64,000 nt of DNA from Eutreptiella sp. 'Long Island Sound 2002' (GCA_964036045.1 OZ038378.1:76880001-76944000); one strand, 5' to 3'. Positions 1-13,100 are shown, numbered from the stretch's first letter. Numbers and translations: made by a program. Notes: generated by a model from the sequence alone, not told the origin.

Positions 1-706
1 CCACATGTCGCCGAGTTAGGGGTGAACTTTGAAAGTGGAACTATTGACGTGACATGGACATTGGATCTGGAAAAGTGCTGGTCAATCATATCAAATGCAG
101 TACAGAAATCTGCACATTGTGAGCGAGCATGACACCGTTTCAAGGCAATCATGAACAGGGTAACTGTTGGTTTTCGCCAGAGCAACGTGAAACCGAAGTA
201 TTCTTATGGAAACTGGAAAGGTGAATTTGGCAGAAGCCCTCCAAAAATTGCCACCAAGTCGATTGAGGAATGCTCTGTGCGCTACTTTTTTGTTGTCGTG
301 TGTCGCGTTGTATTGCTATGCCTTCTAGTGTGTTGTGCACTGAGTCATCGCAGCTGAAACGTCGGGCATACATGACCTGCTGAGGTGTGGGATAGGACCT
401 CTTTTGCACTACCATGGACAAAATGACGGCGGTTGGATGGTGACTGACCGTTTGGCAAATCGATGGTGGCCAATTGCTCTGTCAGCAGAAGGGATGCTGG
501 ACATTTTTGCTTTATACTGTTAAGAACAGGGGGGTAGAGGTAATGCAATGATAGTTGTTTTCTTGGGCTCATCGATACAGATGCAAGGTACTCTGGGGAA
601 CATCAGGCGATTGTTTTGGAAGTTAAAGGCACACGGAGGGGCATTGCATTGGCAGAGGTACAGGATTCAACAAGGTCACGCCTCTCGTGTGGCAGCACTG
701 CATCCC

Positions 707-1279
707 ATGTCGAAGAAGCGTCGTGTGGGGCAGCCCAAAGTAGAGGAGGAGCTGGACTCAGAGACAATGGAGATCGCCAACCTCTGGGCAAAGATGCAGC
801 GCATGCAGCGCAAGCACGAGGAAGACAAAATGCGGCAGCAGGAAGCCGCCTGCATGGCCGTCATTGCAAAGGTTGATGACCTGATCAAGGGCTGTGATGC
901 GCAGTTGAAGCGAGGACGGGCGGCGGCTGGGGGGCAGTTGGCGCGCTCCGTTGATGCCAAGTACTCGGAATTCGGTACGGTTCGGAAGCGACTGCGGGAA
1001 AGCGCGAATTCTTTCAACCGGGAATTGGCGGCAGCGCATAAGAGACTGAAGCAGAACGAGGGACGGCGTACAAGTCTGCGCAGGGAGGCAGAGGCTGGGA
1101 TGCAGGCTCTTAAGCAGGAGCACGGGCGGCAGTTCAGGCTCTTGCAGACGGCCATCCATGCGGACTTGGACCAGCTGAAGGGCTCGATTGCAGCGATGGA
1201 CAAGCAGGGGCGGCTGCAGACGCGTAAGTTGCTGACAGCCATGGACAGCGCGGTACATGCTGCAGCAGGGGGTGAGTAG
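707..1279 (+). CDS. Hypothetical ~190-aa coiled-coil protein (basic N-terminal patch; weak resemblance to SYCP3/Cor1-type axis proteins)
   Basis: Uninterrupted ORF (track 548..1279, first ATG at 707, MSKKRR...) with GC3-rich codons and heptad-like E/K/R/Q/A-rich helical composition. No diagnostic motif. Confidence 0.55.
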   Translation: MSKKRRVGQPKVEEELDSETMEIANLWAKMQRMQRKHEEDKMRQQEAACMAVIAKVDDLIKGCDAQLKRGRAAAGGQLARSVDAKYSEFGTVRKRLRESANSFNRELAAAHKRLKQNEGRRTSLRREAEAGMQALKQEHGRQFRLLQTAIHADLDQLKGSIAAMDKQGRLQTRKLLTAMDSAVHAAAGGE

Positions 1280-2149
1280 CCTCCAACTAGCACCCTCTCC
1301 GAGCGCTGATAGGGCAGCACATGAGAGGAGCATGTAGGAAGGCATGTGTATCTACCAGGATGCAGATGCGGTTTCACATGTACCAAAACATGGCGCACTT
1401 TGGGGTAGGGGTTGTATGCATATTCCTATAGAGCTAGTCCTCACCTGGGCATTTCCAAGTTGTGTCTATGCATGAAGTAGCCATGTCTTCACTATGCCAC
1501 GCTGGTCAGCTTGGTATCTACCGCTCCCCTTTGCAGCTTCGTATCGTTTATTGGTAGCTTTTGGCCTGTACATGTGGAGGTTGGGTGCTTCATGGTTTTG
1601 AGGTTGGTTCCAGCGAAGTCACCCCAATAATAGGGGTTGTGCGCTGTACACAAACTCCCCCTATGTGAACCCAGACTTGACCCAGTTTGGCCAAATGATT
1701 CCCTTCCTGACCTTCTCATTTGCAATGAGCTTCTGTTTCCGAGATGCGGTACTGCAGGCAACAGAATTTTTCCATGCCCAACTGTATGGGGGCCCGTGAG
1801 TGAGGGCCGTTCAATGCTGACACTACTAAGCTGCAGTATCTTGGCCGTTGGCTGGAGGAGTAACTGGGCTTGTAACTGCAGTCACAAGCCCATTGTGCTG
1901 CTCGGTGGGCCCGGCCAGCCAACACACATGGGCACTTAAGGCGTGGATACAGCAGCAGCGGCAACGGCACGCCGGCAGAAAGGTACTTGGGCAGTGTTTT
2001 TACGTTTTTTCCTCTTCAGGGATGTTTATGCTGGAGCAGCAAGCTATGGACCGGTCAATGGTACTGTCACCTGTGCGCCAGTGCACAGAGCAGCGGGCTC
2101 TTGGAAATCGGATAGCTTGATTACAACCCCCTCTCGACCAACATAAAAA

Positions 2150-2640
2150 AAGGGAGGGGTTTGTGGGGGGGGGTTTCCAACCCGCCCCGCAATTCGGCGG
2201 CCGAATTTGGCCGAATTTGCCGAATTGGTCTGCCGAATTGTTGGGTTTCTGAATCTCGCCGATTTGTTTTACCGAATCACTAGGTTTCTGGGACTTTGCC
2301 GCCTCGTTTTGCCGACCTGTTGGGGTTTATGGGTTCTGGGTCACCTGAGTTGGGGGCGTCACTTACTTTGGGACACTGCATAATACCTTTTCTTTGTACA
2401 TTGGTCGTTCAGATTGGCACCATGCAGTGTTTTTACTGTCCACAAAAAGAAGTGTCTTTGGTCCCCTGGGATTCGTTGTCCTCCGCTGATCAAGCTTTGC
2501 TTTCCTGGTGACTGGGAAGCATTTCGCCGAAAAATAGGCCCGCCGAATTGTCCCGCCGAATCGTTTAGGATTTCTTCGCCGAATTGGGGGGGTGGTTGGG
2601 TTTCGCTGCGCAGGGGTATAAGGGGGGGGGGTGACCTGAG
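2150..2640. mobile_element. MITE-like element with GCCGAA(TT) subterminal arrays
   Basis: Clusters of gccgaa at ~2190-2320 and ~2525-2590. Left aacccgccccgcaattcggc is roughly the reverse complement of right gccgaattgggggggtggtt. G-runs at both ends and no convincing coding content. Confidence 0.45.
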
Positions 2641-2684
2641 GGCGTCGCACATCAATGTGAGGTTACGGCAAAGCACCCCAAAGA

Positions 2685-2768
2685 AAGATTGTTAAATCAA
2701 GCGCAGGCGCGGACATCGTACCCCCCCCACCTTTTTGGGGGTCATTCGCGTAGCATACCCCAAGGTAT
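2685..2768 (+). repeat. Dispersed repeat family head (GTTGTTA..CAA...TTTGGGGG(T/C)ATTCGCG-AGCATACCCCAA), copy 1
   Basis: Aligns by eye with 58735-58806 and more loosely with 4797-4955 and 33251-33400. Confidence 0.55.
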
Positions 2769-2982
2769 GGTGTCCGACGTCTAACCCCTGGTAAAGTCAT
2801 CATTATAATAATAATAATCCCCCAATGAATATTTTTGATGTTTAGCCCTTCCCCCCCCCGTACCGGGGTAAACCCCCCCCCCTTTTAATATCACGCGCGT
2901 GATATTATTTCGGTGCGTGATATTATTTTGGGCGTGATATTATTTTGACCACCCCCTGCCTGTCCACCAGATTTTTGTTGTG

Positions 2983-4389
2983 ATGGTTCCTGACTCTGAA
3001 GTTCCATTTCTTGCTGATGTTATTGAGGCCCGGCAGCACAACGAGCTTGTTGTTGAACATGTTTTTGAAGCTGTGACTGATGATGAGGTGTCGGACATTG
3101 AGGAGTACTCCACTGGGGATGACGCTGACAGTGATGTTGAAAACGCTGCTGGGCCAGAAGTTCCTCGTGCTGAAGTTCCTGGTGATGAAGTTCCTGATGC
3201 TGAAGTTCCTGATGCTGAAGTTCCTGATGATGAAGTACCTGATGCTGAAGGTCCTGAACCTGCTGTTGTTCCTGGTGTTGATGGTGATGCTGATGAAATT
3301 GCTCATGCTGCTGCTGATGATGCTGCTGACAATGCTGGTGATGATCCAACTGCAGCTACCAAAAATGAGCGCTTCGTCCAGGCCAAAAAAGATTATCATC
3401 GGGGTAAAGGATCGAGGAACACATTGGGAAAGAGACGACGGGTTGACACACACATCAGGGTGAAAAGACGTGCTGTTGCCCTGCTGCGCGAAGGCCAAAC
3501 TTTCGCCACCATCCAGCGCGCAATCTGGGACATCACTAATGAGCAGTTCTTCCTCGTGAACCAAAGACAATTAAATAACCATTTCTGTGTGGGTCAATTT
3601 TGATGAAATACCAGCCACTCTGGCTGGTGTGATGGGCAATGTTCAGACGTTGGAACACGCTAGAACAGCCAATGTGATGGTAAATTTTCAAGAGAGCCAT
3701 TTCAAACAGATGGGCACTTTGATAGCAATGCTGGGGGTAAAAAAACAAGGGGACCTGTACTGTAATGCAAAACTGAAACCTGCAGTTTTGCTGAAATGCA
3801 AGAAGAGCAAGGTTGTACAAAATCCCCACCAGGTGCAGTGTGTAACGAATGCAACGGGCGTCATCAACACACAATACATGCGTGACCACTTCATCCCATA
3901 CTTGCAAGCACAGCTCCAGAATGTGGGGGGGGGTGCATTATTATTTTGGACTCGGCGCCTGCACACATTTCACAAGCTGTGTTGCAGGCCCTCAGGCACT
4001 GTGGTCTGAGGTATGCTGTGATACCAGGTGGCCTAACCATGTTTATTCAATCGATTGACACTGCATTGGCTGCCTTGTATCGTTTCCCCCACCACAGGTT
4101 GTATGTTTCTCACATGGAGCATCAGGCCAAGCTAACTGCTGCACAACAGCGAGATTTGTTTGTTGAGTTGTGCTATAGTGGCCTGACTGCAGCCACTGCC
4201 AACCTGGATGTGCCTGCAATATTCCGGGATCTTGGTTATATTGATCCCAGCAAAGCAAAGCTTCGAATCCCCTACCAGTTTGCACCCCCAGAAGTTCAGC
4301 CCCAGAATGTTGCAGCTGCGAAGCCCAAGCCGAAACCCAAGGCAGGAGCACGCCAGCTATCTATGGCCACTTTTCTCGCACCAAGATAA
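2983..4389 (+). pseudogene. pogo/DDE_1 DD35D transposase split by two frameshifts
   Basis: WVNFDE (D at 3602), LDSAPAH (D at 3949) and IPGGLTMFIQSID (D at 4057, 35 residues after the second D). Frameshifts at ~3575-3590 and at the T-run ~3944-3947. Acidic repetitive N-terminus. Confidence 0.85.
3157..3262 (+). repeat. 15-bp coding tandem repeat (gaagttcctgatg(c/a)t; EVPDA/EVPGD)
   Basis: About 6-7 units read directly in the transposase N-terminus. Confidence 0.9.
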
Positions 4390-4796
4390 CTATGTGTTTT
4401 GGTTGACAATCACATTTCCCACAGTGTTTTGCCTTGCTGTCTGCGATGTGCTCAGGTGGCCAAAGTGCATGCGTGATATTATTTTAGTGGTCCAAAATAT
4501 TATCATGCATGCGTGATATTATTTCGGTGCGTGATAATAAAGGGGGGGGGGGTTTACCCCTTGTTTGGTGTGTGTGGGGGGGGGGCAACTTCTTTGAGTA
4601 TTGCGGCCGCTGTATGTGGATGTGGACCAGGGACAACTTTTTTCTTGTACATGCACCCCCTAACCCATGGTGGGGGTCCCAGATCCAAACTCTGGGTAAC
4701 CCCTGGTCGGGCCCCCTATGGGCCCTTGCCTGTGAGGACTGCGCCGTTTTGACGCTGGATGGGCTGTTTCGTGGCACCTGAAAATCACCTCGCAGA

Positions 4797-4955
4797 GGTT
4801 GTTAGATCAAAGCCATGCAGGCCTGCATACTGGGGAAAACGCCACATATCCCCCCTTTCTGGGCCTATTCACGTACCCTACCTGAAGCCTTTGAATGGTT
4901 TGGTTAGCCCCTTGTAAAATCATTATGTTGTCCAAAAAATGCATCCCCCAATGAG
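4797..4955 (+). repeat. Dispersed repeat family head, copy 2
   Basis: ggttgttagatcaaa...ggcctattc.c.taccct...atgc..ccaatg aligns with 33251-33400. Confidence 0.6.
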
Positions 4956-5424
4956 TATTTGGTTTGGAGCCCCTCCAACCCCCCCCCCCCCACCCCACAT
5001 GAAACTCACTTTTTTGAGGTGTGGGTGGGGGTGTCAAAAATGTCGACAACACGACCCCTCCTTTTTGGGTCAAAAGTGATGAATTTCCCCCCCATGATTT
5101 TGAGCCAAAAAAGTGTTATCAGGCCTTAACGCCCTAGGGTTTGTGTGAAGTGGATTGGGGCGAGCACTCATGCAGTTTATGCAGTTTTTTGTTATTTTTG
5201 CTATATCGGTTTTTTACGGCGACCTTAGTGACCCCGTGGCACCCACTCTAAGGGTTACAAGTGAGGATGTTGTGACAGCATATGCCTACCAGGATAGAAA
5301 AGGACGCTTTTTGCCGTCTCTAGCCTTGCCTAGGGCGGATCAAGGCCCATGTGAAAGACCCAAAGTCACCGTTTCCACCAATAATGGGTTACGTGTGTGC
5401 ATGGGCCGGTGCAGAACCTATTTA

Positions 5425-6250
5425 TGCAGTTTTCATCCTGGGCAGCTCAAAAATTGAAGTTTCTGAAACACCTTTTTATTTGATATTGTGACCATTCACA
5501 ATGACCACCCAAGCTACGTAAAGCATGTTTTAGCCCATATTTATGTGTTTTTTTTTACGGGGTTTGGGTGCGGGAAAGGGGGGGGGGTCCCAATGGATTG
5601 GTACACCGCCTGCTGATGCAGTTTTTGACCTTGAGCAGCTCAAAAATGGAAGTTTCTGAAATCTTTTTTCATATTATGACCACTCGCAATGACTATGCGA
5701 GCTATGTAAAGCATCTTTTAGGCCGTATTTTTTTTTGGCGTGTGCATTGCTCGGGGTATGCTTGCGAAGTGGTATTGCTGAAGGCAATTGCATTTTTTTC
5801 TCAAAATATGACTCTCTGCCGACCCTTTCTGTGGCTGCTGAGATGGGGTTGGGTGATGGTTTGGTGACAATATGGGTACTTGAGCACCCATGGGGACGCA
5901 CGAAGTGGCTGCTAGGCCCATGTAGCCCCAGCCATGCCCCCCCCCCCCCGAAGAAAAAGCCCCAAAATTGCTGTTTCTTTGGCTATTTAGTTGCACGTAT
6001 TTTTTTTCAAAACTTCAACATTTTCCGAAACTCTTTTGTCACCCTTAGGATGAGTTTGGGTGATGGTTTCGTGACAATACGGATACTTGAGCACGCATGG
6101 GGGTCCACACCGTGGCCGCTAGGCCCATTTCGCCCGAGGCATGGCCCCCCCGAAAGCCCCAAGATTGCTGTTCTTCAAGATGTCTAGATCATATGGTGAC
6201 AATACACGTACTTGAGCACCCATGGGGGCCCACGTATTGACCGCTAGACG
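5425..6250 (+). repeat. Diverged tandem duplications (unit a at ~5425-5560 and ~5617-5745; unit b at ~5843-5980, ~6050-6178 and partial ~6193-6250)
   Basis: gcagctcaaaaat.gaagtttctgaaa occurs twice and gtgacaata....tacttgagcac.catggg three times, seen directly. Typical of TE subterminal repeats. Confidence 0.7.
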
Positions 6251-9200
6251 GGCTTGCAAAATTCCCGGTCATGGGTCTCCATATTTGAGGGTTTTTGGGC
6301 TATTTGGGGGCACGTGAAGATTTTCGAAAGCTCGATTGTTCTCTCTATTTGAGGTGTCTGCCGAAGGTAATACTTTCCCTAGCCTTTGAGGGCATACCCC
6401 GGGCTTTTGAAAGAATCCTTATCAGAGATTGAAGAATGCCTCACCATGGGCATTATTGAGAGAAAAAGGGGGTCTACTTACAGTGCATTCGCACATCGGG
6501 GCCGGGCGCTCCCGCTCGTCAGATGGAAGTTGTCTTTTACTGTGCCTTGTCAGGAGGGAAGCATAGCTAGGGACACCAGCCAAACCTCTTCATGATATCT
6601 GGTTTCTCAAGAAACCTTCCGTGGTGCGCCACAACCCCAACCCCTCCATCCGGGCGCACCAGGATGCCGTCCAAACAAGTTCTGACTAACACATTTTCAG
6701 ACAACAAGTTGCGGAGTGTGCAAGTGCCCCCTGTGTCGAAAACTGCCATTTTCGGATACCGAATTGAGCATGAAGCAGGGGAGGCAAGTCACAATGGGAC
6801 AGGAACTATTGAAGGTGATGTGCATTGAGTACGCAGTCGATTAGAGGAACCTAGATGAAGGTTTTGAACAACGGTGGCAAAAAAAACATTTTCGCGAATA
6901 TTGTTGTTGTTAAGCAAGCGTGTGCAATGATGGCCATCCCTGTTGCACAGCTATTGGGACATCAAATGATTGCAAAGTGGTGTTCAATGAAGTGATTCCC
7001 ACATTGTGGTGCCGCGCTTTAGTCAATTTTAAAGTGAAAATGACTGGTTTATGAGACGTTTATCAAAATGATCGTGCCGACCATACACAATCATCTTCAT
7101 AGCAAGCCGTTTTTCTTCCATGGTGATTTCCAATGCAACACTACGAACCTAACCGCAATGGCATGCGTTCCAATGGAACATGCCGATAGCGGCGTGGAAT
7201 GTGGAAAATGTGCTTGACCGCTGACCCATGGGTCTCTCACTCGAACATGGCTCTGTAGTGCTATTGCGGGTGCGTAGGGGGTTGGGGTGCCCATAACCCC
7301 GGATCTTAACCTTGAGCCTCGCTTCAGGTACAAAGGCGACGTTAAATATGCTCTTGTCCAGCCCAATATCTAGCGGGTCCCAGTCCAGGGCGCCTTTGAC
7401 GCCGTACTTGATTTGATTCATGTGCAACCATCCTCAGAACAACTGAAGGGGCCGGCGAGCTGGGTCCCCCCCCCACCACCACCGCCACGCCCCCATGTTG
7501 CTAGGAATAGCATGCAACGGCATGCCCGTCATTCCTTCTTGCCCTCCACCCGTTGGGGTGCAACATTCGGGGCAGCTCCACGGCAGGTGGTCTGTTGTAT
7601 TGACGCGCATGCATGTACTGCCTCATCTACAACGTTGTATCTCTCTGGAACTACGTCATCTTTAGCACATGTAGCCGGTTGCTCCTGCCACCCATCCATG
7701 CACAAAGCGTCTACTTTGCGTCATCACATGAGGCCCAACCACACCCTAACACCCCCTGCCCCACACCGTGGACAATCAAGTTGACACATGGCCTGTGGTT
7801 GGTGGTAGCCAGCACCGGTTTTTTGTCCCTTCTTTGCCCACAAACACTTTTTTGCCTCTCTCATTTGCAAGGGGCGGGCTTGCGTCTTTGGCTGATCGGC
7901 CATGCTCACGCCACCTCCAACATAACCCCCCCCCCCGTAGAGCTAATTTTGAGCGAGACACTCTGCGTAGAGTGTTGTGGCAGAAGCTAAGAGAGAGCTC
8001 GCACCAAAAATGTTTTCTTTCGACCGAATGGTGTTTTTTGTGGGACCTTGGAAACGGTGCGTCACACCAATTTTGTTTTTAAGCTCTTCACCCTGTTTGC
8101 TATCATCGTACTCAAGGGCTTTAGACTGGTATGAGGAGAGACTAGGTTGTTGTGTGACCTGCAGACTCTGTTGGTCAAGGAGTCTTTGCTCTCACTCAAG
8201 GCACCATTGGATTCGGCTATGTGGGCGCTAGCACGAGGGGCATGGGTTCTTAGATGGGAAGGTTTTTCTCGGGCGGCAGGCATATTGATGTTCTACTTTG
8301 CCACTACATGGTGCATGTTGTTGCAGTGACAAACGCTTTTCACTATCACTGTCACGACCTTTGTCCAACAAGCCTAACTGTCCTCATACATTTGAGTCCG
8401 ATTCATAGCAATGAAGCATTTCTTGCAGCCCCAGGTGGGCCCAGATAGTGGTTGCTGACTTTCGTGCCATCACTATGTGCTTGCTACCTTTGTCGCAAAG
8501 CGAGCATTCGTGTCAGCTTGATCATTCTCTTTCACTCTCACATGGGAAAGAAAGCCGGTGCAACGAAATGCTATGCGTTAGCAACAACCAGTGTGATCAC
8601 GGACTAAAAGGCAACATGCGCTAGGGTTTGATTCTGGAAGCATTCTGGAAGCATCAGGGCATGAAAGATTCCATAAGCAGTAAGTAGTGTTGTTGCGATT
8701 CGAAGGCAAGATTCTGACCTAATGGTGGGTACGACCGCATGCTTACTCAAAGGAGTGTCCACGTGCGATAGCCAAACAGCAAAGGAAAACATGGTTTGTG
8801 TTTTTCCGCCGTCCATGGTGCATAGGCACAATGTAGAAGTTGCCTTGATTTGATTGTATGGTGGGGTATACAATAGCTTGGTTTCCGGTGCTGCACCTCA
8901 CCATCTCAACCACTGCTATGTGCAACGATCACCACAATCAAGTGACACTTCCCTGACATGAACCACAATTAACGCCCACCGAGGCACAATGCTGCTCATT
9001 GCGCAGGATGTGGGGGCGGCTCCCATCATGAAAGGTCTACCCTCATGTCATTCAACTTAGGCTATTATTGTGTCGAGGATTGCGGATCTACGCTTCTGCA
9101 TCCCTATCGCGACATGGATACGACACGATTCTGTGCCGCTGTGTAGATGCCAGCAACGTATTATTCCGTGTTCCTGCACATTCCTATGGTTGCTGCGATG

Positions 9201-12200
9201 ACGAACTATGAGGAGTGGTATTCAATTGTCATTCCTGGTTGGTCTACACAATCCCTACGACCCACCCGTTATAGATTTGAAACTGCGTGCTCATCGAATC
9301 TGACGGTACCTATTCATTTTTCTTGGCCACCACAATGGGAAGGGAGCCGCCAGGTCTAGTTACTTTGTATGGGTGTGTCTCTGTATATTGAATGTGGTTT
9401 GCTTTGTGTTGTTGTGTGCTTTTGGGAAGTTGTCTTTTCGATCGTTCATTTTAAGGCAAGCGACCCACAATGCTGCATGTTATCAGAGCCAAAGCAGTGT
9501 GCAATGAACACTTTGGGCCACCATTCCTAAGTCCGCTAGATTGTTTTGTCTTTGCCTCCGTAAAATTGTGCTCCAAAGCGCATGCCCATGTGTAAGGATC
9601 TTAGAGTCATTGGCACTTCAATATGCCATCACACCTCAAGTGTACAGAAATTTTTTTTTGCAAGAGCACTATGCTAATGAATGGTGCAAAACAAACCAAC
9701 CTGTTGCACCCTATCAGTTAGAATTTTTGCATCAAGTGCATGCTAAAGCCACCAAAAAGAGGGCCGGGCATAATACCATTGCAAAATCTCAGTGACACAA
9801 GGAGCAGCAGAGATCTAAATTCTTCTCTGGTGCGCGAGTGCGACAGAGAGTGACGATTTATATCTTTTTGACAAAAGGCGAATCTTGGCTTTTGGCTGCT
9901 TTTTGATATTTTCGAACTGCAGACTTGATTTCGGAACCGTTGTTTTACCTTGCCTGAAAAAAACCCCGCTTGCAGTAAATCTGTTGGAAATTTACTGGGA
10001 GCCAAGGTCAATAGGCGAAAAGCCGAACAATTTGTACACCGCAATTAGGAGGGCGTTGCAGGTAGATGAGTTATGGAAAAGGGCGGGTGTGGGCCTTAGC
10101 GTAAGGCTGGTTTAGGGGGGGTAGGAAACCGAGGTTGTACCTCATAGCGTAGCTCAGAGAACGAGTTTAGCGAAACTGACTCAAAATGTCACTCTTGTGC
10201 TTAAGATGGCCGGGGGAGGTGAACGGCATTGCGGCAGAGGAAGCATCAGAGCCTAGGGTGGCACACTGAGTGTAAGGGGTAGTATCTAGGTATTCTTTAC
10301 TACTCACGTGTGGCGTTGAGGTCTACCCCTCTTTTTAGTTGGCCTGACATGCAGGTGTCATCATCTTCGAAATCATCTGTATCCAATCGGCGAGGGGAAG
10401 GGGCTTCTACGTCAACATGTACTTCTCTATCCAAGTCGTGCGCCTTCAAATTGGAGTGAGTGAGGACCGCTACAGCAAAACGCAGCGTGGCACTGCCCGC
10501 TAGGCGGCGTTCCATGAACTGGTGGGTGTTGTTTTCGGCGCTAGCAGAGGTGAATGAAAATTTTTTGTATGAAGGCACCATAAGAAAAGGTAGCTGACCT
10601 GTCATGTTTATAGCGAGTTAGGACGGGGTGGGCTTTAGAGAAGGATTTGTGGGCGTCTATGGGACCAAACTCAGCAGCAACACGGAGCACCTAGGACACC
10701 GAATTACTCGGGAGAAAGGACACAGTGATGTAAGATGGCTGGATTGCTTTCATCTGAGCATAGGAACTTACACACTCTTCAAAGCAGGCAAAGATGACTT
10801 GAAAGTTGCTCAATGGGTCAAGCTCCCTACCAAGGCTAAAAAGGGTGAGTTGAACCTTTACTAGGCCAAGCAAATCAAAATTTGAAGACACACCAACAGT
10901 TTGAAATGTGTGGATACTTGGCAGCACATGAGGGTTGTATACTTGACCTGTAGAGAGTGCACCTTTGGAAATTTTTTTGCACGCAAGCAGGATTGTGGGT
11001 GACGATCACACACCTGGGACCGATACTAGAGCAAATGAGTCCCCAAATCATGTTAACAGAGAACAGTAATTCTTGGTTACGATACAACTCATGACGGTCA
11101 ATATAGACCTCAAAAAGTGGATTATCATTGGGTGGGACGTGGGCGGGTCGGGGCACATAGTCCTTGGTAATTGATGGATGGGTCATGGCACCAAGGCCGG
11201 GGAACGTACGTCGGCAGCACAACCCTTTATGAGTGGCATGAAATCTTGGGATGTCTTAACCAATCCCTTTTACTCGTTGGGGTCACCACTCTCAACCAGA
11301 ATGTTGACGCGGATTTGAAAAAGGGTTGGTTCGGACCGGACAAGGTTTCTAAGCAAAGAAGCTAGCTTTAAGCTAACCATGTAAAGCTCAATGGATTTAG
11401 TGCCTATTGTGAGAAAGCAAAATTCTAGTAAGAACATTGGTTTTTCAGGACGAAACATGGCGCTACACCATTCCTTTGATATCTTTTACACAAGAATGGC
11501 TCAGGACCAATTTTATTCACCCAAGGCTTTAAATGTAGGAGACCAATTGGCGGTCCAGCGAGTTGACCATGTGCGGGCCTTGGGTAAAGTGCCTGCGCGA
11601 TACAGAACAGAAACATAGGTGAGAACTCTTTTTTTCGTGAAGAACGTAAGGTGCAGGGGGTGCTCTTCACATAGCTTTTGCGGCTTAGAAAAGCAGCCCT
11701 ATCCTCGAATGGGAAAAGTTTGGCACGAAAAAGAGAATGGACATCAAAATTAGGACTGCCCAATCAAAATTTGTTTGTTTTACAATGAAAAAGGATTTGA
11801 GGTGCAAGTAGGTGGGGAAAAAAGTCGCCAGATAAGTATATATCAATAGGTGGAATGGTTTGGAAAAAAATTTGCAACGGGGCTTGGGTTTTGGAGTCAA
11901 AATATTCAAGTCGGTCACAATTGAATATGTCAATGTATGAATAGCCAGATTCACCGAGGATTGAGAAATCTTCATTCGTGACTAAGAAATGATTTCTTTG
12001 GAGGTACGGGTTCGGGAATGAACATCCTCTTTGTGTTGTTTTCAGGACAAAGTTCAACCGTCTATTACTTTGGCATTGAATTTGCCATCTAGAGTGTCAA
12101 AAATAAGAAGAAAGAATACCACATTGGCTCAATCCGCAGCTTTATTAAAAAAAAGTGGTGGCTTGGATGCCACAACATCTGGTCTATGTGAGGCTGGGAG

Positions 12201-12669
12201 TCCCTTGGGGGAACTTCTCCTTTTTGTGGCACCCTAGGTTTCGGAGAAAAGGTGCCGAACCGCGAGAAGAGATTTTTCCTTTACAAAGTGCTTCCGGCAT
12301 TGTGGTCTCGGAGTTGGTAGCACGGAATTCGGGAAGACGGAAAGGTTGCATGTGTTGGGCGGACTTCCAATCTAGCGTGGAAGACAAACCCAAAGTCTAG
12401 AGGCATGCATGCTGTGAGCGATCTCTGAGAAGTATTGGCCTCTTGGGAAGTAGGGCAGATCAGATAGATACATTGGATAAAGCTAAGGCTCTCCACTAGA
12501 GCGCCCTCAATTTGCTACTAGTGTTTGCCATTGCTACCGTATGCACCCCTCCACATCGCGCTGCCAAACCAATTTTACGGGCCCCGCCAAAGGCGGCCAC
12601 ACACCACACGCTGGCATGACAAGAAACCGGTTTCGACTGCCCCCCCCATGCACGCCTCGGCACTGCTTA

Positions 12670-13100
12670 CTCACTTATGATGAGTTGGCTATCAGCTCCT
12701 TGAACGTTGGAGGCGTCGAGCTCATTGCCAATAGGCTGTGTAGCCTCCTCTCACTCCTCTATCCTCAGCCCTACACCATATCACTACAGGAATACCGCCA
12801 TAGCTCTAGCCTTCCCGCGTGCGACCACGCCAAATCTACCCACGTCCTTCGTCACTCTATATAGACACAGTTGTGGCGTGGTGGTTGAGGCAATGCGGCA
12901 AGAAAAATTCATAATGACGCAAGTTTGGCTGGATCGGTCTCTGCTCCGCCACGTCCCCGGTTGCTTGGCTGAACTTAGGCATGTTTCCTTGGTGCCTTGC
13001 TTTGCTTCCCGGTTTGCTTCTTTCTGGGGTCTTTCTCACCGCCTCAAAAAAGACAACCCAGTCTTGAAAATCCTGCACACCCTTGGGCAGTCACACGAGC
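12670..13100 (+). pseudogene. APE/EEP endonuclease N-terminal remnant of a LINE
   Basis: LAISSLNVGGV...ISLQEYR matches the (S/T)xNVxG...LQE motifs of retroelement AP endonucleases. Downstream motifs were not recovered. Confidence 0.45.

Larger units (their letters stand above)
2863..4560 (+). mobile_element. pogo-like (IS630/Tc1/mariner superfamily) DNA transposon, ~1.7 kb
   Basis: Imperfect ~33-bp TIRs (left ggggtaaacC10ttttaatatcacgc at 2865-2896; right gcgtgataataaaG11tttacccc at 4529-4560). TA precedes the left end. Subterminal GCGTGATATTATTT repeats at both ends and a DDE_1-type transposase inside. Confidence 0.85.

Noticed and set aside
2923-3570. Antisense and alternate-frame ORFs 2923..3570, 3020..3349 and 3080..3463
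   Set aside because: These are shadows of the 15-bp repeat in the transposase N-terminus.
6386-6520. DIRS/LTR RT-like start (EIEECLTMGIIE...YSAF)
   Set aside because: Too short, with no downstream RT motifs recovered.
11540-11620. T7/mitochondrial RNA polymerase motif C look-alike (GPHMVNSLD..SHSC, minus strand)
   Set aside because: No motif A or B at appropriate spacing; probably chance.
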